Source of the DNA: an uncultured Bifidobacteriaceae bacterium
Lineage (GTDB): Bacteria > Verrucomicrobiota > Verrucomicrobiia > Limisphaerales > UBA11358
Direction: 5' to 3'
DNA: 64,000 nucleotides
NCBI GenBank assembly: GCA_964618545.1
Contig: CAZUBG010000001.1
Location: 2,885 to 66,884 of the forward strand
The notes below the pieces were generated by a model that saw nothing but the letters and a program-made list of their open reading frames with translations, did no database searches and was not told where the DNA came from. A program made the position numbers and the translations under genes. Below, piece by piece: positions 29,109-37,672 of this stretch. The stretch's first letter is position 1. Each line of letters starts with the position of its first letter.

Positions 29109-30152
29109 TCATGATTTTAATGGTTCAAAACTGGTGACCACATAGGCGCTTTCGGAATTTTTCCGCTGCAAGATGGCCTGCTGTCCGCCATGGGTGATGT
29201 AGAGCCGGTCCTCCTCTTGATGCGGGGTGATCTTTCCCCGGGCGATTACCTCCGGCAAATTGAGGGCGGTCGCCTCACCATGCTTGGCAACAATGTGGCT
29301 GACGCCATACCCATCGGCGTGCGTCGCGCCAGATTTATTGGGAGCCGGAGTGCCGGGCCGTCCCCATTCAAAATCAATCTGTCCGACCCCCTTCCGGTGC
29401 ATGGCTTTTTGCACGTCGGCTTTTTGCCGCAGAGCGCGGTTCATGGCTTTTTTCCCGCGTTGCAAATTGTCATCAATGGAAAGTCCGCCGCCATTTTCAT
29501 CCACCCATCTGCCCAGGCTGTCGCGGGGCTGTTCCCCGCGATTACACACCGCTTGCCCCAACTCCCCGGCGATGTAGCCTTCAATGGCGGCGGTCAGTGA
29601 ACTGTCCGCGAGGACATTTGCCTGGAGGGTGTTCAGGTCGCCTTCCAAGGCCAGCAGTTGGCGGCGCTGTTCAATGGCATCGGTGATTTTGCCAATAACC
29701 GCCAAGCGGTTGCGCAACGGGTCCAGATCAATCAGCGCCGCCGCGACCGGCGTGTGCAGCCGGTTCAGCAGGCGGTTGCGCACGGCGGAATTGACGTCCG
29801 ACCGGTCAATGTGCTGGTCCGCCTTTTGGGCGGGATCGCCCTGCCCGGTGAGCGGGTCGAGTTTGATGCGCGTCAATTTGTAGCCCGTCCGTTCCGAGAT
29901 TTCATGCTCGTCGGTTTGCAGGCCCACCCCCTCCAATTTCACAACCGTGTCAGCCACCTCGTTGACATCTTCATCATCCTGCACCGCCATGGTGAATTGC
30001 ACACAAATGGGCTGGCCGGGGAATTGGGCCGCCAGTTCCACCGCGTCAAAATCCCGTGGCCGGTGTTTTCGCAATCGCATCGCCGCATAAACCGCTTCGT
30101 TGATCCCATCGCCGTGTGCATTGTCGGATTCGTTGCCCTTGCGGTGAGCCAC
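29109..30152 (-). CDS. chimeric ORF: C-terminal end of a Mu gp29/DUF935-type portal joined to a module with a GYGVSHIVAKHG motif
   Basis: The N-terminal ~110 aa resemble only the tail of DUF935 portals (...VKLEGVGLQTDEHEISERTGYKL...). The ~400 aa normally upstream are absent. The C-terminal ~130 aa read (IDFEWGRPG...THADGYGVSHIVAKHGEATALNLPEVIARGKI...AYVVTSFEP). Confidence 0.5.
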   Translation of the reverse strand: MAHRKGNESDNAHGDGINEAVYAAMRLRKHRPRDFDAVELAAQFPGQPICVQFTMAVQDDEDVNEVADTVVKLEGVGLQTDEHEISERTGYKLTRIKLDPLTGQGDPAQKADQHIDRSDVNSAVRNRLLNRLHTPVAAALIDLDPLRNRLAVIGKITDAIEQRRQLLALEGDLNTLQANVLADSSLTAAIEGYIAGELGQAVCNRGEQPRDSLGRWVDENGGGLSIDDNLQRGKKAMNRALRQKADVQKAMHRKGVGQIDFEWGRPGTPAPNKSGATHADGYGVSHIVAKHGEATALNLPEVIARGKITPHQEEDRLYITHGGQQAILQRKNSESAYVVTSFEPLKS

Positions 30153-30221
30153 TTGCTTGGCCTGTGGCTTGAAGTGGCCGCCCTGTTCCTGTATGTGTAT
30201 GAGCAGCAGCTTTACGAGGCC

Positions 30222-30596
30222 ATGCTAAACCATGACCTGGATATCCTCGACGGCCTCATTGCGTCCGAAGTGCAGGGCGAAACGGTGAAGCACTTCCAGC
30301 AGGCCCAGCCGGAGGATAAAGTCCGCTCCATTGACGACACCGCAGGTATCCCGACCGGCGTTGCGCCGGACATTGAACGGCTGGTGGCCCAGCGTCAGGC
30401 GGAATTCAATGCCGCTTACGCGGCATCCAAAGCCCCGGACAACTTGGCGACGGACACGCCGCCGCCCGCCGCGCCATTCACACCGGCAAGTCCGGGGACG
30501 CCGCCACTTGATGCACCGCCATCGCCGCAACCGTCAAAAGGGCCGGATAATCTGGCCTCAGATGAACCGCCGACAGGTCCGGCGAATCCTGCGTAG
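30222..30596 (+). CDS. Pro-rich hypothetical protein (weak call)
   Basis: An in-frame ATG at 30222 lies within track ORF 29658..30596. Only the part beyond 30152 does not overlap the minus-strand gene. The tail is low-complexity and proline-rich. Confidence 0.25.
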   Translation: MLNHDLDILDGLIASEVQGETVKHFQQAQPEDKVRSIDDTAGIPTGVAPDIERLVAQRQAEFNAAYAASKAPDNLATDTPPPAAPFTPASPGTPPLDAPPSPQPSKGPDNLASDEPPTGPANPA

Positions 30597-30608
30597 TTTG
30601 GCGGGGAC

Positions 30609-30638
30609 TTTGACAGTCGCCCGATTTTACGGTATTAT
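30609..30638 (+). promoter_or_regulatory. sigma70-type promoter of vapB (near-leaderless)
   Basis: TTGACA (30609-30614), an 18-nt spacer, TATTAT (30633-30638). The vapB ATG is at 30646, only 7 nt after the -10 box. Confidence 0.55.
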
Positions 30639-30645
30639 CCCCCAC

Positions 30646-30888
30646 ATGCAGACAACGATTCAGCTTGATGATGCCCTGCTTGCGCAAGCCACCGAACTGG
30701 CCCGCGAGAAAGGCTACGACCTGTCGCATCTCATTGAGGAGACGCTACGCGATAAGATTGCACCCATGTTGCCCGTTGCACCGCGGCCTTTCCGTCACCT
30801 GACCACATTCACTGGCGACGGTGTCCACCCCGGCGTGGATTTGAATAATTCCGCTGCTTTGCTTACCCTGATGGAACAGGGTGAATGA
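30646..30888 (+). CDS. vapB: VapB-type antitoxin
   Basis: 80 aa starting MQTTIQLDDALLAQATELAREKGYDLSHLIEETLRDKI. The stop overlaps the PIN gene ATG (ATGA at 30885-30888). Confidence 0.7.
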   Translation: MQTTIQLDDALLAQATELAREKGYDLSHLIEETLRDKIAPMLPVAPRPFRHLTTFTGDGVHPGVDLNNSAALLTLMEQGE

Positions 30889-31336
30889 TTCTTCCCGACG
30901 TTAACATCCTCGTCTGCGCGTATCGCGGGGATGCCGTGGATCACCTCCTTTACAAGCAATGACTTGAAGGCATTATCCGAAGCGGCCAGCCCTACGGTAT
31001 CAGCGACCATGTGTTGAGCGGTTTCCTGCGCATCGCCACGAATCGGCGCATTTTCCCAACGCCGCAACGCCGAGCCCGATCCTTTCCGTGCTTGAGTTTG
31101 TGCGCGAGCTTCGCGAGCAGCCCAACTGCCGCATCATTGCGCCCGGTTCCCGCCACTGGCAAATCTTCACCGATTTGTGCAAATCGCAATCGGCCACCGG
31201 CAATCTGATTCCCGACATCTGGTTTGCCGCACTGGCCATCGAATCCGGCTGCGAATGGATCACCACCGACGGCGATTATGAAAAAATCCCCGGCTTGCGC
31301 TGGCGGCACCCTGTCACCGGCAAAGCCTCCAAGTAG
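30885..31336 (+). pseudogene. vapC: VapC (PIN-domain) toxin gene disrupted by a stop and two frame changes
   Basis: Three collinear pieces in three frames: MILPDVNILVCAYRGDAVDHLLYKQ*, then ...GISDHVLSGFLRIATNRRIFPTPQ..., then LEFVRELREQPNCRIIAPGSRHWQIFTDLC...NLIPDIWFAALAIESGCEWITTDGDYEKIPGLRWRHP. Confidence 0.8.
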
Positions 31337-31392
31337 TCGTAGGCAGCGTGTTTTTGTCCATATGGCACCTTTCGCCTGATTGCCCCGACGGC

Positions 31393-31425
31393 TTGCCATC
31401 GGTGGCAAGAGGGGTGTTTTTTGGC
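31393..31425 (+). terminator. possible intrinsic terminator after the vapBC remnant
   Basis: Stem cttgcca/tggcaag with a tcgg loop (31393-31410), followed by aggggtgttttttgg. Confidence 0.45.
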
Positions 31426-31674
31426 CGGAAATGTTTGCAGGGTGTCAGCATGAATCACCCCTTGGGTGTTTGTCATGCGCACCAACGCGGACGTTCTGAT
31501 GGGCACCGTGAAGTCCCCGCCAGTCCCCGCAATCAAAAAATCGGTTCCCCCCGAGGTCTCCCCCAATTTTCCGCTTTGCGTGGGCTGCGTTCCGCCCTGG
31601 CATCAAGGGACTTCCAGTTTTGTGCCATCAGGCCGCGAGTGGCGCAGCCTGCAAACTCAAAAAGGAGATTCACC

Positions 31675-31875
31675 ATGACTGACACGCAAACCACTTCCAA
31701 AACGCCCAGCCATATTGCCTGCCACGTCAAGGACGGCAATACCGGCAAAGGCTACTGGACTCGCATCGGTGCCGCTTGGGCACACGCTGACGGCAACGGC
31801 TTCAATATCCAGACGGACCTGTTGCCCCCGGACGGGCGCATCACGATCCGCACCACTTCCGAAAAGCCTGAATAA
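31675..31875 (+). CDS. small DUF736-like protein (mobile-element-associated type)
   Basis: Strong SD (aaaaggagattcaccATG). 66 aa with ...GKGYWTRIGAAWAHADGNGFNIQTDLLPPDGRITIR. The IGAAW...G-x-G-F/Y...D motif recalls DUF736. Family assignment is from memory. Confidence 0.5.
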   Translation: MTDTQTTSKTPSHIACHVKDGNTGKGYWTRIGAAWAHADGNGFNIQTDLLPPDGRITIRTTSEKPE

Positions 31876-31928
31876 CCCCTCAACCGGGCGGGTGTCACAG
31901 CCCCCCCACCATCCAAAGGAGATTTGCT

Positions 31929-32303
31929 ATGACCGACATTATTTACGCCTACACCCGCAAACAAGCCATTGAGGACGGCGAACAGGTGGACGTTTCCACC
32001 ACTGCCGCAGAGGCGGGCATCCGCTTCCCGGTGTTTCTAACCCGCCGAGTCTTTGACGAATACGTCACCGTTCCCGAAAACGTCAGTTTTCAGGACGAAG
32101 CTGGGCGGCTCTGGGACCTCGTCTGGATGCTGCGCTCCGCCATCAAAAGCGGCCGCAGCGACGGCGACCGCATCGCGTATTCGCTTTATGTCCGCAACGA
32201 CAACCGCCGCCCCCGGCTTGTGCAACTGGTTGCTGCCTGTGGCGCACTCGACATGGACGCCCCGGAACCGGCCATCACCGTTATGATGCCGGGCGAGGAT
32301 TGA
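31929..32303 (+). CDS. hypothetical protein of a type common on conjugative elements (DUF6573-like)
   Basis: SD aaaggagatttgctATG. YTRKQAIEDGEQVDVS...GRLWDLVWML...PAITVMMPGED*. The family name is recalled, not verified. Confidence 0.45.
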   Translation: MTDIIYAYTRKQAIEDGEQVDVSTTAAEAGIRFPVFLTRRVFDEYVTVPENVSFQDEAGRLWDLVWMLRSAIKSGRSDGDRIAYSLYVRNDNRRPRLVQLVAACGALDMDAPEPAITVMMPGED

Positions 32304-32401
32304 AGCTGGAACAACAAACGCTTCACTCGCAGTCACGACGGTGGGTGGTGCGTCCCGATTGCTCGGTTGCGAAGCTTTGTCAACTTTGCTACCCTCAATT
32401 C

Positions 32402-33889
32402 ATGTCAAACGCGGTCATAACAGAATCAGCAGCCCGTAGGCGGCAAGGGGAACTTGGACAGTTCCTCACGCCTGCGCCTGTGGCTGATTTTATGGCTTCG
32501 TTGTTTGAACCGCTTCCCAATGCGGTTCGACTGTTGGATGCCGGAGCAGGTGCGGGCGCACTCACGGCAGCTCTTATTTCACGCTTGTGTGAAAAAAAGA
32601 ACGACGTTCGCAGCATCGAAGCAACCCTTTACGAGCTTGACCCACTCATTCAGGATGCCCTTTTGGAAAGAATGCAGGATTGCCAGCACCTTTGCTCTGA
32701 GGTGGGCATTCGATTCAGCTTTAGCATCCATGCGACCGACTTCATCCAGGAAATGTCGGCACGCCTTGACGATAATTTATTCGCCACAAAGCCCCCCATT
32801 TTCGATGCCGCCATAGTGAATCCGCCTTACCGCAAAATCGGCATGGCGTCTGCAGAAAGGCGCAGCCTGCGCCACATTGGGGTTGAAACGAGCAATCTTT
32901 ACGCCGGATTCATTGCACTTATTCAACGTTTGCTCACCCCAGGCGGGCAGCTTGTGGGCATCACCCCAAGAAGCTTTTGCAACGGCCCTTATTTCCGCTC
33001 CTTCCGCGAAGATTTTCTCGCCAACTTGGAGGTTCACCGGTTGCATGTTTTTGAATCACGCGGAGCAGCATTTCGCGATGATAGCGTGTTGCAGGAGAAC
33101 ATTATTTTTCACGCCATCAAGGGCCGCAAGCAGCCCCGCGAGTTGGTGATTTCAAGCAGCAGCGGTGAGCATGGCGACATTGTCACCGAGAAGGCGGTGC
33201 CCTTTGCCGAAGTCGTTCACAAGCATGACGCAGAAAAGTTTATTCATATCCCCTCGGCATCGTGCCATGCGGTCGCTAAAAAAGCGATGGACGGCCTCCA
33301 CACAAGTCTTGCGTCTCTTGGCCTGACCGTGTCAACCGGGCCGGTTGTTGATTTCCGGCTGAAAGACGCTATTCGGTCGCAGCCGGAAAAGGGGACAGTG
33401 CCACTACTGTATCCCTGCCATTTCAACGGCGGCACCGTTCATTGGCCGAAACCGGATGCCCGCAAACCCAACGCCATTCTGGACAACGAGGAAACTCGTC
33501 GCTGGCTCGTTAGGTCCGGCATCTATCTGCTGACCAAACGATTCACGTCCAAAGAGGAACGTCGCCGCCTGGTCGCCTGCTTATTCGACCCGAAAGACCT
33601 GGATGCACGATGGCTCGGTTTTGAAAATCACCTTAACTATTTCCATGAAAACGGGCATGGGCTTGAAAGAAATCTCGCCGTCGGCCTTTTCGCATTCCTG
33701 AATTCCACAATTGTTGACCAGTATTTCAGACGTTTCAGCGGCCACACGCAAGTAAACGCCACCGATCTTCGCAAATTGGTTTATCCCGACCGCCAAACCC
33801 TGCAGGCGATGGGAAAAGAGATTCAGGAACTTGACCAACCGCAGGCCGCCATTGACGAACTAGTCGCGAAATATCTTCATGCCCACTAA
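32402..33889 (+). CDS. type II N6-adenine DNA methyltransferase (Eco57I/PstI-BsuBI M family)
   Basis: AdoMet motif LLDAGAGAGALT and catalytic NPPYRKI. Size (~495 aa) and adjacency to a BsuBI/PstI-type endonuclease support the call. The ATG at 32402 is preferred over the start of the track ORF at 32300. Confidence 0.9.
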   Translation: MSNAVITESAARRRQGELGQFLTPAPVADFMASLFEPLPNAVRLLDAGAGAGALTAALISRLCEKKNDVRSIEATLYELDPLIQDALLERMQDCQHLCSEVGIRFSFSIHATDFIQEMSARLDDNLFATKPPIFDAAIVNPPYRKIGMASAERRSLRHIGVETSNLYAGFIALIQRLLTPGGQLVGITPRSFCNGPYFRSFREDFLANLEVHRLHVFESRGAAFRDDSVLQENIIFHAIKGRKQPRELVISSSSGEHGDIVTEKAVPFAEVVHKHDAEKFIHIPSASCHAVAKKAMDGLHTSLASLGLTVSTGPVVDFRLKDAIRSQPEKGTVPLLYPCHFNGGTVHWPKPDARKPNAILDNEETRRWLVRSGIYLLTKRFTSKEERRRLVACLFDPKDLDARWLGFENHLNYFHENGHGLERNLAVGLFAFLNSTIVDQYFRRFSGHTQVNATDLRKLVYPDRQTLQAMGKEIQELDQPQAAIDELVAKYLHAH

Positions 33890-34868
33890 TAATCAAAACC
33901 GTCTGGAAGAATCCAAAAAGCAGAAGCTAGCCGAGACGGTTGCAATCCTGACCGCCTTGCAGTTTGACCCGAGGCAAAAGAATGAAACAGCCGCCTACAG
34001 CTTGCTTGCCTTGCTTGACCTGCACCCGGAGATTTCTTGGGCCGAGGCCCAAGCGCCACTTCGCGGCATCACGCCGGTCATTGATTTCATCGCCGAAGCT
34101 TATGGGGTTCGCTACGCACCCAACACCCGCGAAACGATTCGTGACGACGCAGTGAAGTTTTTCGTCGAGGCTGGGTTGCTGCTTCGCAACCCCGACGATC
34201 CGAATCGCCCAACCAACAGCGGAAAGACGGTCTATCAAATTGAGCCGTCAGCACTCGCATTACTCCGAACATTTGGAACTAAGGGATGGACGCCTGCGCT
34301 GGGAAAATATCTCGCCAGCCGCGAAAGCCTGAAGCACGAAATAGCTCGAAAGCGAGACTTGGCACGCGTGCCGGTAACTCTTCCCGATGGTTCAAAAGTA
34401 GCACTTTCGCCAGGAGGCCAGAATCCTCTCATTAAAGCAATCATTGAACAATTCTGCCCCGCATTCGCTCCTGGTGGTGTTGTCATCTATATCGGCGATA
34501 CGGAAAATAAATTTGTTCATCTTGAGGTTGAAGGCCTCAAATCCCTCGGCGTCGCGTTGGACTCAGCCGCAAAAATACCCGATGTCATTGTTCACTATAC
34601 CGCAAAGAATTGGTTATTATTGATTGAAGCAGTCACCAGTGCTGGACCGGTGGACGGCAAGCGTCGCAAGGAACTCAAAGGTTTGTTTGCAGGCTGCAAA
34701 GCGGGCTTGGTTTTTGTCACTGCGTTTGAAACTCGCCGCACCATGCAATCTTTTGTATCTAATATCGCCTGGGAATCTGAAGTATGGATTGCAGAAGACC
34801 CCGACCACATGATTCATTTCAACGGCGAGCGGTTTTTGGGACCATACCCTGACGTGTTACCAAAATGA
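33879..34868 (+). CDS. BsuBI/PstI-family type II restriction endonuclease
   Basis: 329 aa. The N-terminal domain pattern (...AAYSLLALLDL...GITPVIDFIAEAYGVRYAPNTRETIRDDAVKFFVEAGLLLRNPDDPNRPTNSGKTVYQI) matches the conserved YAPNTRET...NPD.P.RP.NS signature of this family. It overlaps the methyltransferase gene by 11 nt. Confidence 0.85.
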   Translation: MPTNNQNRLEESKKQKLAETVAILTALQFDPRQKNETAAYSLLALLDLHPEISWAEAQAPLRGITPVIDFIAEAYGVRYAPNTRETIRDDAVKFFVEAGLLLRNPDDPNRPTNSGKTVYQIEPSALALLRTFGTKGWTPALGKYLASRESLKHEIARKRDLARVPVTLPDGSKVALSPGGQNPLIKAIIEQFCPAFAPGGVVIYIGDTENKFVHLEVEGLKSLGVALDSAAKIPDVIVHYTAKNWLLLIEAVTSAGPVDGKRRKELKGLFAGCKAGLVFVTAFETRRTMQSFVSNIAWESEVWIAEDPDHMIHFNGERFLGPYPDVLPK

Positions 34869-34972
34869 AATTGCCTTTCGGACGCTGCCACTGCGAAAAC
34901 CTTATCGTAAGTAGGGCGACCGTGATTTAACCATCACGTGTGCACAACGGTAACGAATTTGCTTTTAGCAGC

Positions 34973-35947
34973 TTACTGGGCGGGAGTTATGACCCAAGCT
35001 AAAACGGCGGGAGACAAAACAGGAAGTTCAATTTCAAGAGGAACGAAAATTGAACGGTTGTTCTTTACATGGCCAAGCGGTTGAAAAAGTGTGGCTCCGC
35101 GTTCCAATACAAGAGATTCTAGGATCGCCCCATAGGGCGACAAATTAAGAGTCTTTGCCCCACGTCCGGCAGCGCTCCCAGCATCTAGAGACCTCCATAC
35201 ATCGGAGATGTCCAGTCGTAGCGTTCGCGCGAGGTCGATGACATTCTGAGCCAACCCTAAGATGTTGTTCGGCAGAATGCCAGGTTCGTGCCATCGCGAT
35301 TTAATGTCAGTGATGGCTTCGTTCACAATGCGAGTCTGCTTATCGCCCCTGTCCAGGAGCACGGAATCCGTGAGCCGTTTGGCCTGAGTAATGCTCAACT
35401 CGGCATTTTCCAACATAGCTTTAACTTGAAAAGCGACACGACTTGTTCCCCAACTGATTTCGTCTGCTTTATAAATGAGATCGTGTGTCGCGATTCCCCA
35501 CGCATGCTGAAGGAATGTTTTGATTTGTACCTCGAAAAGCAAGTCCCGACAAATCGTTGGAGGAAGTGCATCATCATCCTTCCAACAAACATACAACCGA
35601 AGGTCATCGAACGCGAAACTGTGAGACAACAAGCTGGTGATTTTTGGGTCGGCGGGACGGCGATACTCTTCTCGAAATAATTCTGTGATCAAAGCTGCTG
35701 CGTCAAATATTTTGGAGTGGTTCTCCACAACAATTGTGCAGCCAAACATATCCTCCGGGCGTCCGGGATGCGTCTCACGCCCAGTTTCGAGTTTAAGAGC
35801 GTAACTCTCCAATTCTTTAACTCGGCTTTCATAATGCCAGCGTGATGACCTTTTACCCGTGAGCTTCGCGTCAACGAGACCCTTGAGTTCGACATATTTC
35901 GGGCGTATCTCGTCGTAGCGATTACGAACAGACAACGGGATCTTCAT
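34973..35947 (-). CDS. RelA/SpoT-domain nucleotidyltransferase (stand-alone synthetase fold, no HD hydrolase) with an uncharacterised ~130-aa C-terminal region
   Basis: Motifs WHYESRVKELESYALKL, PEDMFGCTIVVEN and LLFEVQIKTFLQHAWGIATHDLIYK (the EvQirT..q..W....H...YK signature). The ATG at 35945-35947 overlaps the stop of the DUF262 gene. Confidence 0.8.
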   Translation of the reverse strand: MKIPLSVRNRYDEIRPKYVELKGLVDAKLTGKRSSRWHYESRVKELESYALKLETGRETHPGRPEDMFGCTIVVENHSKIFDAAALITELFREEYRRPADPKITSLLSHSFAFDDLRLYVCWKDDDALPPTICRDLLFEVQIKTFLQHAWGIATHDLIYKADEISWGTSRVAFQVKAMLENAELSITQAKRLTDSVLLDRGDKQTRIVNEAITDIKSRWHEPGILPNNILGLAQNVIDLARTLRLDISDVWRSLDAGSAAGRGAKTLNLSPYGAILESLVLERGATLFQPLGHVKNNRSIFVPLEIELPVLSPAVLAWVITPAQ

Positions 35948-37023
35948 GTAACATGCATTGCCTGCAAGAGAGCTTGCAGGCGGGCTGCGCGCGGAGTCAG
36001 ATCGGTGTGTGCTCCTTGAAGCGCTCTGACATAGTTGGTGGCTGGCTCAAGCCATGATTGCTGATCCTGCAAGTTGAGTTGAGTTGTATCTTGGTCGCGG
36101 ATTCTAGCGGCGAGCCCAACAAAAGAAGCGTAATGCTTTGCGAGGTCACTAGCGGCTCCGATTAGATTCCGGTGCAGGGTGACCAGGGACCAGAGGGTGT
36201 AAAACGCGCCGACTGTGGCGGCTGTCGCCTTGACGCAATTGTTCACCTCATTCATTTCGCTCAGGAATGATTTAGTATCGGTAAGCCGGGTCGTGAACGA
36301 CTCGGTATCAAGTTCGGCACCTTCATCATCAGGGTCATCATATTTGGCGTAGGCTTCGTCTAAGTGTTGCTGGTCAAACCCGGCTTGTTGGTTCTCGATT
36401 AGGACTAGCAGAAGCTCAGAAATAAACTGTGCATCCTTCATCCGCTTTGCCCTAGCGTTTGTCACGATACCCAGCGTTCGCCAAAGCGGGGACTGGCATT
36501 CATCTTCCACAGTCTTAATAAACCATCCATCGAACCGCGCATGGCGAAGTTCCTGAGGTTCAAGCTTTCTTGAATTTCTATTCAGACGGTCAAATGCGTC
36601 ATTGACGGCACTGGTCTCATCGGTTTCAAAATCCAGAAGTTCTACGGGAAGGACATAGTTCCAAAAGCGTTTGCGCTCAGCCTCTCCCAAGTCCTGCCAC
36701 TTTTTTCCCGCGATGCTCGACTCATCGAAATCCGATGGCATGGAGAGTTGATTCTGGGAGAACATAAGAATTGTCTCCAGTCGTTGCTTTCCGTCAACAA
36801 CGTCATATATTGCGCGGCCATCGACGGACATGCGCTTGTGGAGAAAAATGGCGGGGCATGGGTAGCCTTTGAAAATGGTGTCGAGAAAAAAGCGCCGATC
36901 CTTATTAGTCCAAACTGATCGTCGCTGATAACTTGGCGTCAATTGAAGCTGACTGTTTCTGGATTGATCCAGAAACCAAGTGATATCTTGAATTGTTACG
37001 CGTCTTCGCATGGTTTGGAACAT
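35944..37023 (-). CDS. DUF262 (ParB/Srx-like NTP-binding) domain protein lacking a DUF1524/HNH nuclease tail
   Basis: LTPSYQRRSVWTNKDRRFFLDTIFKGYPCPAIFL, VVDGKQRLETIL (the DGQQR motif) and AFDRLNRNSRKLEPQELRHARF. The C-terminal ~170 aa are helical and unassigned. Confidence 0.85.
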   Translation of the reverse strand: MFQTMRRRVTIQDITWFLDQSRNSQLQLTPSYQRRSVWTNKDRRFFLDTIFKGYPCPAIFLHKRMSVDGRAIYDVVDGKQRLETILMFSQNQLSMPSDFDESSIAGKKWQDLGEAERKRFWNYVLPVELLDFETDETSAVNDAFDRLNRNSRKLEPQELRHARFDGWFIKTVEDECQSPLWRTLGIVTNARAKRMKDAQFISELLLVLIENQQAGFDQQHLDEAYAKYDDPDDEGAELDTESFTTRLTDTKSFLSEMNEVNNCVKATAATVGAFYTLWSLVTLHRNLIGAASDLAKHYASFVGLAARIRDQDTTQLNLQDQQSWLEPATNYVRALQGAHTDLTPRAARLQALLQAMHVT

Positions 37024-37348
37024 TAATAGCGTTTTGAGCCAAGCGCAAGCTCAACGAATGATGCATATTCTCGATGGCTACCACCTTTAATTGAAGCTGC
37101 TATCAGTTCGCGATGTTCATTCTAGGAGCCACCCACCCCGCGACCCGGTTTGAGCCTTCGGCGACTCTGCGAGGCCAGAGGGTTTTGGTTGGTGTTTTTG
37201 ACATGGCGCGTTTTGTTTTTAGCGGACGCCTTCTCAGGTCTCACCGTATGCCGCTTGCTGCTACGCCATCTTTTTCAAACTTCTGATTCCCGCTCTCGCG
37301 GGGCGTTTTATTTCCTGCGACGAAGAGCATGGGGACACGCCAGCGACC

Positions 37349-37546
37349 GGGGCTACCGCAGCCGCCGCCCTGATAGTCATGCACAACCACCCCAGCGGGG
37401 AAAGCGCACCGTCAGACGCAGATATTAAGGTGACACGGGATTTAATCCGCGCCGGGCAGCTTTTGAAAATCGAAGTGCTTGACCATGTCATTATCGGCAA
37501 CGGCAACCGCACCAGCTTGCGCGAGCAGGGTTTCTTTTACTCATGA
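37349..37546 (+). pseudogene. RadC-like JAB/MPN domain remnant (C-terminal fragment only)
   Basis: My own translation is ...[59 protein letters not shown]. The HNHPSG...S..D JAMM motif is present. The sequence upstream in the same frame is not RadC-like and has no plausible start. Confidence 0.75.
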
Positions 37547-37672
37547 ACTGTCAGCAACTGTCAGTGAAAGTGCAAGTAACCGGGGTGAAAAGTTCACCAA
37601 AATACTGGCAGGTTTTAGCGAATAAACCTTGATTTTACAGGGGTTTTTGATAAATTACAGCTATTCTGATTC

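Noticed and set aside
30331-30888. Long upstream extensions of track ORFs (30331..30888, 31348..31875, 4063..4878, 54117..55016, 55650..56051, 56045..58318)
   Set aside because: In each case an internal start with a promoter, SD or signal peptide gives a product matching the family length. The upstream parts are Arg/Pro/Gly-rich read-through of intergenic DNA.
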